Shown one piece after another: positions 1 through 10,142 of a DNA stretch of 64,000 nt. The stretch is from the NCBI GenBank assembly GCA_038525015.1, contig JBCBID010000016.1, forward strand, positions 23,389 to 87,388, in the 5' to 3' direction. The DNA is from Pseudomonadota bacterium. GTDB lineage: Bacteria; Pseudomonadota; Alphaproteobacteria; Rhodobacterales; Rhodobacteraceae. Position numbers and translations under genes: made by a program. Position 1 is the stretch's first letter; every line of letters begins with the position of its first letter. Below the pieces are notes generated by a model that did not search any database, was not told where the DNA came from, and saw nothing but the letters and a program-made list of their open reading frames with translations.

Positions 1-2
1 TC

Positions 3-1376
3 AAAGACGGCCTGATCCCCGAGGGCGAGATCGAGGACATGAAAGCAGCGTTCCAGGCCCAGATGAATGACGAGTTCGAGGCCGGCAAGGACTACAAACC
101 GAACAAAGCCGATTGGCTTGACGGTAAATGGTCCCACCTCGACAAGGAAAAAGACGACTACCAGCGCGGCAAGACGGCCATCGCGCCCGAAACCCTTGCC
201 GATGTGGGCAAGGCACTGACCACGGCGCCCGACGGGTTTCCGATGCACAAGACCGTGGGTCGGCTGATCGACGCCAAAAAGGCGATGTTTGACAGCGGTG
301 CAGGGTTTGACTGGGCCACGGGCGAGGCGCTGGCCTTTGGCTCGCTCTTGACCGAAGGGTTCCCCGTGCGCCTGGCCGGACAGGATTCGACCCGCGGCAC
401 GTTCAGCCAACGGCACTCAGGCTTCGTGAACCAGGAAACCGAAGAGCGGTTCTATCCGCTTAACAACATCCGCGCGGGCCAGGCCCAATACGAAGTGATC
501 GACTCGATGCTGTCGGAATATGCGGTATTGGGTTTCGAATACGGCTACTCCATGGCCGAACCCAACGCGCTGACATTGTGGGAAGCGCAATTCGGCGACT
601 TTGCCAACGGCGCGCAGATTATGTTCGACCAATTCATCTCATCCGGTGAGTCGAAATGGCTGCGGATGTCAGGGCTTGTGGTGCTGTTGCCCCACGGGTT
701 CGAGGGGCAAGGCCCTGAACATTCCTCGGCCCGGCTGGAACGGTTCTTGCAAATGTGCGGCCAGGACAACTGGATCGTGGCCAATTGCACCACACCTGCG
801 AATTACTTTCACATCCTGCGGCGCCAAATCCACCGCGACTTCCGCAAGCCACTGATCCTGATGACACCAAAATCCCTGCTGCGTCACAAGCTGGCCGTGT
901 CCAAGTCCGAGGAGTTCACTACCGGCTCCAGCTTCCACCGCGTCCTGTGGGACGATGCGGAACAGGGCAATTCGGACACCAAATTGGTGAAAGACGACAA
1001 AATCAAGCGCGTGGTCATGTGTTCGGGCAAGGTCTATTTCGACCTGCTTGAGGAGCGTGACGAACGTGGGATCGACGACGTGTACCTGATGCGTATTGAA
1101 CAATTCTATCCTTTCCCTGCAATCTCGCTGGTCAAGGAACTGGAACGCTTTAAAGGGGCCGAGATGGTCTGGTGCCAGGAAGAGCCCAAAAACCAGGGCG
1201 CCTGGACCTTTATCGAACCCAATATCGAATGGGTGCTGACCCGCATTGGGGCCAAGCATCAGCGCCCCGCCTATGTGGGCCGCGCCACGTCCGCTTCGCC
1301 CGCTACGGGCCTTGCCAGCCAGCACAAAGCCCAACAATCAGCACTCGTGAACGATGCGCTGACCATCGAAGGATAA
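3..1376 (+). CDS. sucA: 2-oxoglutarate dehydrogenase E1 component (5' partial; frame open from window edge)
   Basis: Motifs [64 protein letters not shown]; followed by sucB. Confidence 0.98.
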   Translation, partial: KDGLIPEGEIEDMKAAFQAQMNDEFEAGKDYKPNKADWLDGKWSHLDKEKDDYQRGKTAIAPETLADVGKALTTAPDGFPMHKTVGRLIDAKKAMFDSGAGFDWATGEALAFGSLLTEGFPVRLAGQDSTRGTFSQRHSGFVNQETEERFYPLNNIRAGQAQYEVIDSMLSEYAVLGFEYGYSMAEPNALTLWEAQFGDFANGAQIMFDQFISSGESKWLRMSGLVVLLPHGFEGQGPEHSSARLERFLQMCGQDNWIVANCTTPANYFHILRRQIHRDFRKPLILMTPKSLLRHKLAVSKSEEFTTGSSFHRVLWDDAEQGNSDTKLVKDDKIKRVVMCSGKVYFDLLEERDERGIDDVYLMRIEQFYPFPAISLVKELERFKGAEMVWCQEEPKNQGAWTFIEPNIEWVLTRIGAKHQRPAYVGRATSASPATGLASQHKAQQSALVNDALTIEG

Positions 1377-1380
1377 GACC

Positions 1381-2943
1381 ATGACCACCGAAGTTCGCGT
1401 TCCCACCTTGGGCGAAAGCGTCACAGAAGCCACAGTTGCAACCTGGTTCAAGCAACCCGGCGACACGGTCGCGGTTGACGAAATGCTCTGCGAGCTAGAA
1501 ACCGACAAGGTGACCGTCGAAGTCCCCTCGCCGGTTGCCGGCACGCTGGCCGATATCGTGGCCGCCGAGGGCGAGACAGTGGGCGTTGACGCGCTGCTTG
1601 CCAACATCTCCGAAGGAGATACCGGCTCTGATGCCGCGCCCAAAAGCAAGGAACCCGCGCAGGACGACACTCAGTCGTCTGCCGCGAGCACCGCTACGGC
1701 AGAGACGGAGGCGCCCGCCTCAGGCGGGGACGGTGTGGATGTGATGGTGCCCACCTTGGGCGAAAGCGTGACCGAGGCAACGGTATCTACCTGGTTCAAG
1801 GCGGTGGGCGACAGCGTGGTCCAAGACGAAATGCTGTGCGAGTTGGAAACCGACAAGGTCAGCGTCGAAGTGCCTGCACCTGCCGCTGGTGTGCTGGCCG
1901 AAATCACAGCGCCCGAGGGCACCACCGTGGATGCATCCGCCAAACTGGCCGTGATCTCGTCGTCGGGCGCGGCCCCCGCCGCGACCCAAGGAGACCCCGA
2001 ACCGACAAGCGATTATCAGACCCCTGCCGCAGGCAAGGATGGTCAACGCAGCGATGTGGAAAACGCGCCCTCCGCTCAAAAGGCGATGGCCGAAGCTGGT
2101 CTCAGTGCTGATCAGGTCACCGGCACGGGCCGCGATGGCCGCGTGATGAAGGACGACGTCGCCAAGGCTGTTGCCGCCGCCTCAAGTGCCCCCGCGCCAG
2201 CCCCTGCGGCCGCACCCCGCGCACCCGTGGCCGCCGACGACGCGGCACGCGAGGAACGGGTCAAGATGACGCGGCTCCGGCAAACCATCGCCAAGCGCCT
2301 CAAGGATAGCCAGAACACCGCCGCCATGCTCACCACCTATAACGAGGTGGACATGACCGAGGTGATGGCCCTGCGCAACGAATACAAAGACCTTTTCCTG
2401 AAGAAACACGGGGTCAAGCTGGGCTTTATGTCCTTCTTCACCAAGGCATGCTGCCACGCGCTGAAAGAGGTCCCCGAAGTCAATGCCGAGATCGACGGCA
2501 CCGACATCGTCTATAAAAACTTCGTTCACATGGGCATCGCCGCCGGAACGCCCACGGGCCTCGTGGTGCCGGTGATCCGCGACGCCGACGCCATGTCGTT
2601 CCACGCCATCGAACAGGCCATTGCCGAAAAAGGCGCCCGCGCCCGTGACGGCAAGCTGAGCATGGCCGAAATGCAAGGTGGCACGTTCACGATCTCGAAC
2701 GGCGGCGTCTACGGCTCGCTCATGTCCTCACCCATCCTGAACCCGCCGCAATCGGGCATTCTGGGGATGCACAAGATCCAGGACCGCCCTATGGTCGTCA
2801 ACGGAGAAATCAAGATCCGCCCTATGATGTACCTCGCCCTCAGCTACGACCACCGCATCGTGGACGGCAAAGGCGCGGTGACGTTCCTTGTGCGCGTGAA
2901 AGAAGCGCTGGAGGATCCACGGCGGTTGTTGATGGATTTGTAA
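1381..2943 (+). CDS. sucB: Dihydrolipoamide succinyltransferase E2 with two tandem lipoyl domains
   Basis: Two copies of [30 protein letters not shown]; E3-binding [13 protein letters not shown]; catalytic YDHRIVDG. Confidence 0.98.
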   Translation: MTTEVRVPTLGESVTEATVATWFKQPGDTVAVDEMLCELETDKVTVEVPSPVAGTLADIVAAEGETVGVDALLANISEGDTGSDAAPKSKEPAQDDTQSSAASTATAETEAPASGGDGVDVMVPTLGESVTEATVSTWFKAVGDSVVQDEMLCELETDKVSVEVPAPAAGVLAEITAPEGTTVDASAKLAVISSSGAAPAATQGDPEPTSDYQTPAAGKDGQRSDVENAPSAQKAMAEAGLSADQVTGTGRDGRVMKDDVAKAVAAASSAPAPAPAAAPRAPVAADDAAREERVKMTRLRQTIAKRLKDSQNTAAMLTTYNEVDMTEVMALRNEYKDLFLKKHGVKLGFMSFFTKACCHALKEVPEVNAEIDGTDIVYKNFVHMGIAAGTPTGLVVPVIRDADAMSFHAIEQAIAEKGARARDGKLSMAEMQGGTFTISNGGVYGSLMSSPILNPPQSGILGMHKIQDRPMVVNGEIKIRPMMYLALSYDHRIVDGKGAVTFLVRVKEALEDPRRLLMDL

Positions 2944-3010
2944 ATTGCGCAATCCGTTCCGAGCCATGCGATATACCCTGGGCACCAACTTGTCGAAACT
3001 TGGCGACTAT

Positions 3011-3436
3011 ATGATCAATGGTTCGTCATGGAATAATCCAGTTTATGCGGAGTGGATGGGCACAGATATTTCACATCGGCTTCATGGAATAAAAGACCGT
3101 GTTGGAGACGCGATAAACTCTAGGGCCGCCGTCAATAGCTTCACGCGTTTTGAATACGACGACCCCGACGATCATGAACACTGTGATGCCTGTTGGGCGA
3201 GGATTTCCAAAGACGGGGACAGCGGCCGGGCGACAAGCGTTTACTACTCGAACCATTCCTCAGACGATGAATATGTTGCGATGCTCTGCCCGGTTTGTTT
3301 CTCGCTTTTTTCTGCAGCGTGTCAGGGCATACTCAGAATTGAACTAAATGACCCAAGTGCACTGATGCCCTACCAACTGAAAGAGAAACACTGGCTCGAA
3401 GCAGTTGAGATGTCGAAACAGGAGCACAACAAATGA
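3011..3436 (+). CDS. Hypothetical protein with putative metal-binding motifs (HEHCDAC...CPVC)
   Basis: ORF 2945-3436; ATG 3011 chosen (ATG 3056 is an alternative); stop overlaps next start (ATGA); more AT-rich than neighbours by eye. Confidence 0.6.
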   Translation: MINGSSWNNPVYAEWMGTDISHRLHGIKDRVGDAINSRAAVNSFTRFEYDDPDDHEHCDACWARISKDGDSGRATSVYYSNHSSDDEYVAMLCPVCFSLFSAACQGILRIELNDPSALMPYQLKEKHWLEAVEMSKQEHNK

Positions 3437-3861
3437 GCCCAGAACTCCTCTACCTCACCTACGCCACCCTCCTCGTAATCGCTCACGTCCTGATACAAGC
3501 CACCCTGTCGGACCTGTCCAAAGGCATCGGCTGGGCTCTCGGCCCCCAGGACGAAAAGCGCGATCAGAACACAGTCGCCGCTCGCATCGAACGCGCGCTC
3601 TGGAACTACGTCACCTACTTCCCGGCCTTCGCCGCCATTGCCCTCGCCCTCACAATCACAAACCTCAACACCGAAACCACGGCCCTAGGCGCGGCCATCT
3701 GGTTCTGGGCCCGCGTGGCTTACGTCCCCGCCTACGCCTCGGGCATCCCACTCGTCCGCTCGGTCGCATGGATCGTGTCGATGGTGGGCCTGGTGATAAT
3801 GGTGCTGGGTATGTTCGGCACGCCACCCGACCCCGTTCTGCTGCAACCCGCCGACGGATGA
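3433..3861 (+). CDS. MAPEG family membrane protein
   Basis: Four hydrophobic segments; RIERALWNYVTYFPAF and FWARVAYVPAYASGIPLVRS typical of bacterial MAPEG. Confidence 0.85.
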   Translation: MSPELLYLTYATLLVIAHVLIQATLSDLSKGIGWALGPQDEKRDQNTVAARIERALWNYVTYFPAFAAIALALTITNLNTETTALGAAIWFWARVAYVPAYASGIPLVRSVAWIVSMVGLVIMVLGMFGTPPDPVLLQPADG

Positions 3862-4403
3862 CCCTGACCGCCGCATATCAACGCGCCATCGCGGCACGCC
3901 GGGCCTTCCGCTTGCCGGGCTACCCCACGCTGGCCGAAGCCGGGTTCGACGGCGATTACGTCTCGCCCATCCAGATGACCTCCGGCAACCTCACCGGACC
4001 ACTTCTGATGTCCAAGGACTGGCTCGACGCGCCCTCAGCCCGCCAGCACCAAGACCAACTCAAGCGCACCGGCTACCTGCCCACGAACCCGTTCAACCAA
4101 GTGATCGACCGAGTGCTCAAGATGCTGAATCTCACCCGCGCCGATATCTACATCACGCCAGTCTTCCACTTACTGACGCCGAAACGGTCCAGCACAATCC
4201 CTGTCACCCACGCCCGCGCCAGCTTTGATGCCATCGGACGTCACGAACTGATGGGCCGCCGCCCGGTTGCGCTTGGCATAGACAGCGCGCGGGTGCTCAC
4301 CCAATTCGGCATTGACCACGTGACCGCCCCTCACCCCTCGGCCCGGATCGGCAGCTATGACATGCGCGCCCAGCAAATTGCAAAGGCGGTACAGCAGGCA
4401 TGA
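3858..4403 (+). CDS. Uracil-DNA glycosylase-like fold protein (putative)
   Basis: ATG 3858 overlaps previous TGA; C-terminal PHPSAR, central DIYITPVFH and LLMSKDW resemble UDG-like superfamily motifs. Confidence 0.55.
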   Translation: MTLTAAYQRAIAARRAFRLPGYPTLAEAGFDGDYVSPIQMTSGNLTGPLLMSKDWLDAPSARQHQDQLKRTGYLPTNPFNQVIDRVLKMLNLTRADIYITPVFHLLTPKRSSTIPVTHARASFDAIGRHELMGRRPVALGIDSARVLTQFGIDHVTAPHPSARIGSYDMRAQQIAKAVQQA

Positions 4404-4819
4404 CCCCGGAACTTACCGCCCTCGCACTCGCCGCGCTGCTGCAGTTCGTGCAGTTCCTGCTGATGGCAATCCCCACGAACATCGAACTCCCGCAGGGCAA
4501 GACCCTCTCCCCCCGTGACCGGAACCGCCTGGGTGGCGACATTCAGGACCAGGTGTCGGCCAAAACCGCCCGCTTGATCCGCGCCTGGGAAAACCATTTC
4601 GAAAGCCTCGCGCTTTTCACCGTTGCCGTCATCGTGATCTCGCTGGCCGACGCAAACACGGGCTTCACCGCAATCTGCGCCTGGACCTACCTGATCGCCC
4701 GGAGTCTATACATCCCCGCCTACTATTTCGGCCTGACCCCGTGGCGGTCGCTGATCTGGCTCGTGGGCTTTCTCGCAGCACCCCTCATGCTCATCGCAAC
4801 CCTGTTTTCTTCTGGCTAA
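4400..4819 (+). CDS. MAPEG family membrane protein (second paralog)
   Basis: [16 protein letters not shown] and [24 protein letters not shown]; four TM segments. Confidence 0.88.
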   Translation: MTPELTALALAALLQFVQFLLMAIPTNIELPQGKTLSPRDRNRLGGDIQDQVSAKTARLIRAWENHFESLALFTVAVIVISLADANTGFTAICAWTYLIARSLYIPAYYFGLTPWRSLIWLVGFLAAPLMLIATLFSSG

Positions 4820-4852
4820 AAATACTCCGGGGGTCTGGGGGCTGGCCCCCAG
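4807..4852 (+). repeat. REP-like intergenic element with GC hairpin
   Basis: TTCTTCTGGCTAAAAATACTCCGGGGG followed by hairpin CTGGGGGC-TG-GCCCCCAG (4835-4852); similar element at 18882-18938. Confidence 0.55.
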
Positions 4853-4880
4853 TCCGACCCTCCAAGAAAGGACCAAACCC

Positions 4881-6269
4881 ATGGCTTCTTACGACGTGAT
4901 CATCATCGGCTCGGGCCCCGGCGGCTATGTCTGCGCCATCCGCTGCGCACAACTGGGTCTGAAAACGGCTTGTGTCGAAGGGCGCGAAACTCTGGGCGGC
5001 ACCTGCCTGAACGTGGGCTGTATCCCGTCAAAGGCCCTGCTGCACGCCTCACACATGCTGCACGAGGCCGAACACAACTTTGCCGCCATGGGGCTGAAGG
5101 GCAAAAGCCCTTCGGTCGACTGGAAGCAGATGCTGCAATACAAGGCCGAGACAATTGGCCAAAACACCAAGGGCGTCGAATTCCTGTTCAAAAAGAACAA
5201 GGTGGACTGGCTCAAGGGCTGGGGGTCCATCCCCGAAGCGGGCAAGGTCAAGGTGGGCGACGAGGTGCATGAGGCCAAGTCCATAATCATCGCCACGGGA
5301 TCCGACGTCGCCACCCTGCCTGGCGTCGAGATTGACGAAAAGACCGTTGTCTCCTCCACCGGCGCGCTGGAATTGGGCAAAATCCCCAAGACGATGGTCG
5401 TGATCGGTGCAGGCGTGATCGGGCTTGAACTTGGGTCGGTCTACAGCCGCCTCGGATCAGAGGTGCAGGTCATCGAATTCCTCGACGCCGTCACCCCCGG
5501 CATGGACGCAGAGGTGCAGCGCCAATTCCAGAAGATCATGACGAAACAGGGCCTCAGCTTTACCATGGGCGCCGCTGTGCAGTCGGTCGAGACGGCCAAG
5601 GGCAAGGCCAAGGTCCACTACAAGCTGCGCAAGGATGACAGCGCGCACGAAGTTGGCGCTGACATCGTCCTCGTCGCAACAGGCCGTAAGCCTTATACAG
5701 ATGGGCTGGGCCTTGATGCTCTTGGCGTCAAGATGACGGATCGCGGCCAGATCGTCGTGGATGCGCATTGGCAAACGAACATCCCTGGCATCTATGCCAT
5801 TGGCGACGTCATCGAAGGACCGATGCTGGCGCACAAAGCCGAAGATGAAGGCATGGCCGCCGCCGATCAGATCGCGGGAAAGCATGGCCATGTGAACTAT
5901 GGCGTCATCCCCGGCGTGATCTACACGCACCCCGAAGTGGCCAATGTTGGCAAGACCGAAGAGCAACTGAAAGACGAGGGCCACAAGTACAAGGCGGGCA
6001 AGTTCAGCTTCATGGGCAATGGTCGGGCCAAGGCGAACTTTGCCGCAGATGGATTTGTAAAAATCCTCGCCGACGCTGACACCGACCGTATCTTGGGCGC
6101 ACACATTATCGGGCCCAGCGCAGGCGATCTGATCCACGAGATCTGCGTCGCAATGGAATTCGGCGCTTCTGCCGAGGACCTAGCGCTGACCTGCCACGCC
6201 CATCCCACCTATTCCGAAGCCGTGCGTGAGGCAGCCCTCGCCTGCGGATTGGGACCAATACACAGCTAG
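4881..6269 (+). CDS. lpdA: Dihydrolipoamide dehydrogenase E3
   Basis: GSGPGGY FAD motif, [13 protein letters not shown] redox disulfide, [16 protein letters not shown]. Confidence 0.98.
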   Translation: MASYDVIIIGSGPGGYVCAIRCAQLGLKTACVEGRETLGGTCLNVGCIPSKALLHASHMLHEAEHNFAAMGLKGKSPSVDWKQMLQYKAETIGQNTKGVEFLFKKNKVDWLKGWGSIPEAGKVKVGDEVHEAKSIIIATGSDVATLPGVEIDEKTVVSSTGALELGKIPKTMVVIGAGVIGLELGSVYSRLGSEVQVIEFLDAVTPGMDAEVQRQFQKIMTKQGLSFTMGAAVQSVETAKGKAKVHYKLRKDDSAHEVGADIVLVATGRKPYTDGLGLDALGVKMTDRGQIVVDAHWQTNIPGIYAIGDVIEGPMLAHKAEDEGMAAADQIAGKHGHVNYGVIPGVIYTHPEVANVGKTEEQLKDEGHKYKAGKFSFMGNGRAKANFAADGFVKILADADTDRILGAHIIGPSAGDLIHEICVAMEFGASAEDLALTCHAHPTYSEAVREAALACGLGPIHS

Positions 6270-6288
6270 GCTATCCAGAAATACCCCC

Positions 6289-6330
6289 AAAAGCCCCGGC
6301 GCGCGACCTAGCGTTTGTAGGGGCTTTTTT
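6289..6330 (+). terminator. Putative intrinsic terminator after lpdA
   Basis: AAAAGCCCC (6289-6297) ... GGGGCTTTT (6320-6328) plus T run; loop is unusually long (22 nt). Confidence 0.55.
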
Positions 6331-6552
6331 ATCCCGGTCGCATCGCGGCGCGTCCACAACCTGCCGCACTTGGTGGTGCGCCAGCACATTCTTGCCGATC
6401 CCGTCCATACGGAGGGGAACTTTTCTGCCGAGCGCTATGTTTTACCTCAGGGGACACCGTGCGGGTCATTGTTTTCGTTGAGACGCACACCCTTTGATAA
6501 ACGGGCCAGCCTTGGCTCAGGACGCATTTTGGAACGACAAAAGGACATCACA

Positions 6553-7053
6553 ATGGATCGTCGCAGCTCATTTAAACTGATTGGGGGCGGTGCCGCCCTG
6601 CTGACCCTCGCCGCCTGCGCGCAACCCCAGGACCCCGACATCGTGGATATCGCGTCGGGCGATCCAAATTTCTCGACACTTGTAGCCGCTGTTCAGGCCG
6701 CGGGTCTGGTCGACACTCTGAAAGGACCCGGCCCCTTTACGGTCTTTGCACCCACAAACGACGCTTTCGCTGCACTTCCCGCTGGCACCGTCGATAACTT
6801 GCTCTTGCCGGAAAACCGCGATCAACTGGTCGATATCCTGACTTACCATGTCGTACCGGGCCAGATTGCCGCCGGCGACGTGTTGGGCACACGTCAGAAT
6901 GTGACGACCGTTCAAGGGGGTACGCTGGACGTGAACGGTATCGTGGGCAAGTTTGGCTCGGGTGTAACGGTCAATGGTGCCAACGTCATTCAGGCCGACA
7001 TCTTTGCGTCGAACGGCGTGATTCATGCCATCGATCAGGTGTTGCTGCCCTGA
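6553..7053 (+). CDS. Fasciclin (FAS1) domain lipoprotein
   Basis: RR-containing signal with LAAC lipobox; [11 protein letters not shown]...[34 protein letters not shown]; AAGGA RBS before ATG 6553. Confidence 0.93.
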   Translation: MDRRSSFKLIGGGAALLTLAACAQPQDPDIVDIASGDPNFSTLVAAVQAAGLVDTLKGPGPFTVFAPTNDAFAALPAGTVDNLLLPENRDQLVDILTYHVVPGQIAAGDVLGTRQNVTTVQGGTLDVNGIVGKFGSGVTVNGANVIQADIFASNGVIHAIDQVLLP

Positions 7054-7054
7054 T

Positions 7055-7092
7055 TTAACATAATCTGTCCCCGCGGGGACAGATTATGTTAA
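7055..7092. repeat. Perfect 38-bp palindrome between convergent genes (likely bidirectional terminator/REP)
   Basis: TTAACATAATCTGTCCCCG|CGGGGACAGATTATGTTAA fills the spacer between stops at 7053 and 7094. Confidence 0.85.
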
Positions 7093-7093
7093 T

Positions 7094-7696
7094 TTACCAC
7101 ATGGTCCGGGCCGCGCGCTCGGGCCATGCCTCATCATAGGGTCTTCCGCCCTCTTCTCCCTTTGAAACCTCAGCCAGAATTTCACCGGGCGTGGGCAGAG
7201 CCTGCCCGTCATCTCGGGTCCAGAGCTCAGCACGGATCAAAGCACGTGCACATTGAGTATAGACCTCGCCAATCTTGACCACGATCACGGTGGCCGGATT
7301 GCGGCCTTTCTGCTCGAACCGCGCGCGCAGCCCGTCATTTGTCGTCAATCGCGCCTGTCCATTCACACGCACAACCGTGTTCGATCCGGGCACCATGAAC
7401 ATCAACGATACGCGCCCATCGACCACGATATTGCGCAGGCTATCGAGCCGTTGGTTGCCGCGCCAATCGGGCAGTGCGAGCGTCTTGGCGTCAAGCTGCA
7501 ACACAACAGGTCCGTCGTCCCCGCGGGGACTACCATCAGTCCCGTCCGGCCCCACAGTGGACAACACCAAGAAGCGGGAGCGGTCGATCCACTTGGCATA
7601 GAGCGGCGTCAGATGGTCAGCGACCTTGCGTATAGACGCCGCACCTGGCGTGCCGTAAAGCGCTTCGAGCGCCCGAATGTCCTTAATGAACTCCAT
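7094..7696 (-). CDS. Pyridoxamine 5'-phosphate oxidase family FMN-binding protein
   Basis: DGSPRGD, LALPDWRGNQRLDSLRNIV, VSLMFMVPG, VYTQCARAL.R..LW. Confidence 0.88.
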   Translation of the reverse strand: MEFIKDIRALEALYGTPGAASIRKVADHLTPLYAKWIDRSRFLVLSTVGPDGTDGSPRGDDGPVVLQLDAKTLALPDWRGNQRLDSLRNIVVDGRVSLMFMVPGSNTVVRVNGQARLTTNDGLRARFEQKGRNPATVIVVKIGEVYTQCARALIRAELWTRDDGQALPTPGEILAEVSKGEEGGRPYDEAWPERAARTMW

Positions 7697-8411
7697 GGGG
7701 ATCGAACCCTCCTTCGCGCATCAACGCGTTAGACCGCGCCTCGACCGTGTCTTCCAACTGCGCCATGAACGCCTCGCGCGGCATGCCCTCGGGCATAACC
7801 GGCAGAAACTCGACCACTGCCGTGCCGGGCGCGCGGCGAATGCCCTTGCGAGGCCAGAACAGGCCCGCATTGGTGGCTACGGGCACGCAGGGTTGACCAA
7901 GCTGGTCGTAAAGTACCGCGGTGCCGACCTTGTAAGGCACCTTGGCTCCCGGCGCCACGCGCGTGCCTTGGCTGTAGATGATCAACTGCCCCGGATGCGC
8001 ACGCCCGGCCTGAACGTCGCGCACCATCTTGGCGATGGCAGCGCCGCGCTTGCCACGGGCCACGGGCACGCAGCCCAGACGCTTCGCATAGATGCCGATG
8101 ATGGGGGTGAACAGCAACTCGCGCTTCATGATGAACTTTGCCGCGGGCAGCGCGTGAAAGATCAGCATGATATCTAGAAAGGACTGGTGTTTCGCCGCGA
8201 TCAAGACCTCGCCTTGGGGCACCTTGCCCCGCACCTCACCCTTGATCCCGACCATCCAGCCCATCGTCCAGAACACCCATTTGCAATAAGTCTTGCAGGC
8301 GGCATAGGCACCCTTGCGGCTGAAGATCGCATAAGGGGCAAAGATGATGCCAAGCACCAACATGGCGAGGTAAATCTGGCCGATAAAGAGCGCAGAGCGG
8401 ATCATTTGCAT
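7683..8411 (-). CDS. plsC: 1-acyl-sn-glycerol-3-phosphate acyltransferase
   Basis: AKHQSFLD (HX4D), FIMKREL, YSQGTR; ATG at 8411 overlaps ftsX TAA. Confidence 0.88.
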   Translation of the reverse strand: MQMIRSALFIGQIYLAMLVLGIIFAPYAIFSRKGAYAACKTYCKWVFWTMGWMVGIKGEVRGKVPQGEVLIAAKHQSFLDIMLIFHALPAAKFIMKRELLFTPIIGIYAKRLGCVPVARGKRGAAIAKMVRDVQAGRAHPGQLIIYSQGTRVAPGAKVPYKVGTAVLYDQLGQPCVPVATNAGLFWPRKGIRRAPGTAVVEFLPVMPEGMPREAFMAQLEDTVEARSNALMREGGFDPHGVH

Positions 8412-9316
8412 TAGGTGAGTGTCCTTAAGGCGCGGCGCGCGGCATAGGCTGTGGCAAAAAGCGCGACGGCGCCGCAGATGAGCGGGAGCAGCAGAGGCAC
8501 GAACCAACCTGCCCCCTGAAAGCCAAGACCGGTGAGAAAGCCGGGCGTCTCGCCAGCCGAAGGCAAAAGCAACACGACAAGCAGACCGATGACTACACCA
8601 ACAGCTGAGCCTGCAAGGGCGCGCAACGTGAAGCGGCGCACAAAGGCGTTGGCGATATAGCTGTCGGTGGCCCCCACAAGGCGGAGCACCGCTATCACCT
8701 GCGCGTTGGCGGCAAGCGCGGCATTTGCGGCCAATGTCACCATGGCAGCCACGGCGCCGATAATCAGAGCCGCCACGGACCAGCCCAACAGCCGCAAGCG
8801 CTGCGCGGCGGACACAAGGGGCGCACGCCAACGGCCATGGTCGTCCAGCACCGCGCCGGGCACTTCCGCTGCCAACCGCAAGCGCAGACCGGTGGGCTCG
8901 AAGCCTTGTGCGCTTGCCTCGATCTCGATCAGGCGCGGGACCGGTAGCGTGTCAAGCGGCAGATCCTGGCCAAACCAGGGGGCAAGCAGCGCTTGCTGTT
9001 CCTCATCACTGAGCGCACGGGCCGATATGATACCAGGCGTGGTCGAAAGTACCTCAAGCGCGGCAGCGGTCTGGATCGCATGCTGATCCGCCGGGGCGAC
9101 GATGCGGATGGTGGCCGTGCCGGTCAGTTCGTCCCCCCAGCGGTCGGCAAGCCGGCCTGACGCCAGAGATAATGCCAGTGCAAACACAGCCAGAAAGGCC
9201 ATCGCACCGGAGACAAACAGTGTAAGTTGAGCTGTAAAGCCCGTGGGCGGGACCACCCGGTCCGCCTGCCGGTCGCCTGCCAAGAGGCCACGCAGGTTGG
9301 CGAGCTTGAGCATCAT
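8411..9316 (-). CDS. ftsX: Cell division ABC permease FtsX
   Basis: Four TM segments, VLRLVGATDSYIA..FVRR; downstream of ftsE. GTG 9319 is an alternative start. Confidence 0.88.
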   Translation of the reverse strand: MMLKLANLRGLLAGDRQADRVVPPTGFTAQLTLFVSGAMAFLAVFALALSLASGRLADRWGDELTGTATIRIVAPADQHAIQTAAALEVLSTTPGIISARALSDEEQQALLAPWFGQDLPLDTLPVPRLIEIEASAQGFEPTGLRLRLAAEVPGAVLDDHGRWRAPLVSAAQRLRLLGWSVAALIIGAVAAMVTLAANAALAANAQVIAVLRLVGATDSYIANAFVRRFTLRALAGSAVGVVIGLLVVLLLPSAGETPGFLTGLGFQGAGWFVPLLLPLICGAVALFATAYAARRALRTLT

Positions 9317-9996
9317 CACAGGTCCGCCCCGGCCAATTGCACCCGCCGGTTAGAGATACGCAGCACGCGGGCCTGGACCTGTGCCTTGGCCGCGCGGATC
9401 AGTGACAGATCATGCGTCGCGATCAGCACCGTCTTGCCCATCTTGTTCAATTCGACCAGCAGGGTCAGCAAACGCTGCGACATATCCCAGTCGACATTGC
9501 CTGTGGGCTCGTCCGCCAGCACCACATCTGGCGAGACAATGATCGCCCGTGCAAGCGCGGCACGCTGGCGTTCACCGCCCGACAATTCGGGAGGCAACGC
9601 CTCTGCGCGGTTCGTCAAACCGACCCAAGCCATCAGTTCGATCAGGTCGTTGCCGGCCATCGTATGCGCATGGCGCCCCGACACCATCAACGGCAGGGCA
9701 ATGTTGTCAGAGACGGCCAAGTGATCAAGAAACTGCACGTCCTGATGCACCACGCCGACGCGCCTCCGCATCTTGGCGATGTCATCGCGTTCGAGGCTGC
9801 GCACATCGCGGTTGAATAGGCGCACCTGCCCCGCCGTGGGCAACAGCGCGCCGTAGCAAAGCTTGAGAAACGTGGTTTTCCCCGCGCCTGACGGTCCGGT
9901 CAGGAAATGGAACGATCCCGGTGCCAGCTTAACCGAGATATCGGACAAAAGCTCACCCCCGCCATAGCTGTAGGCTACATTTTCCAGCTCGATCAC
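9316..9996 (-). CDS. ftsE: Cell division ATP-binding protein FtsE
   Basis: GPSGAGKTT Walker A, LSGGERQR signature, LADEPTGNVD, IATHD. Confidence 0.92.
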   Translation of the reverse strand: MIELENVAYSYGGGELLSDISVKLAPGSFHFLTGPSGAGKTTFLKLCYGALLPTAGQVRLFNRDVRSLERDDIAKMRRRVGVVHQDVQFLDHLAVSDNIALPLMVSGRHAHTMAGNDLIELMAWVGLTNRAEALPPELSGGERQRAALARAIIVSPDVVLADEPTGNVDWDMSQRLLTLLVELNKMGKTVLIATHDLSLIRAAKAQVQARVLRISNRRVQLAGADL

Positions 9997-10142
9997 GCGT
10001 GCCCCCGCCCCTTTGGCACCTGTTGTGCCTCAGCACCATGCCGGATTCAATGTGTATGCTGTGGGCAGCGCCCAGGCACTTATGTCTTTTCTCAAACCAG
10101 CCCACAACATATGGTCGTGCCCAAAACGAGGCAGGACCCAAA

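Noticed and set aside
1381-1950. Tandem lipoyl-domain duplication in sucB as novel
   Set aside because: Real, but lipoyl-domain number variation in E2 subunits is well known.
669-2676. Several long minus-strand ORFs over sucA/sucB
   Set aside because: Antisense shadows of well-supported genes.
6226-6552. N-terminal extension of the fasciclin ORF
   Set aside because: Crosses the lpdA terminator; RBS and signal peptide are at 6553.
7683-8831. 382-aa ORF as full-length plsC
   Set aside because: The upstream 140 codons overlap ftsX; ATG 8411 is coupled to the ftsX stop.
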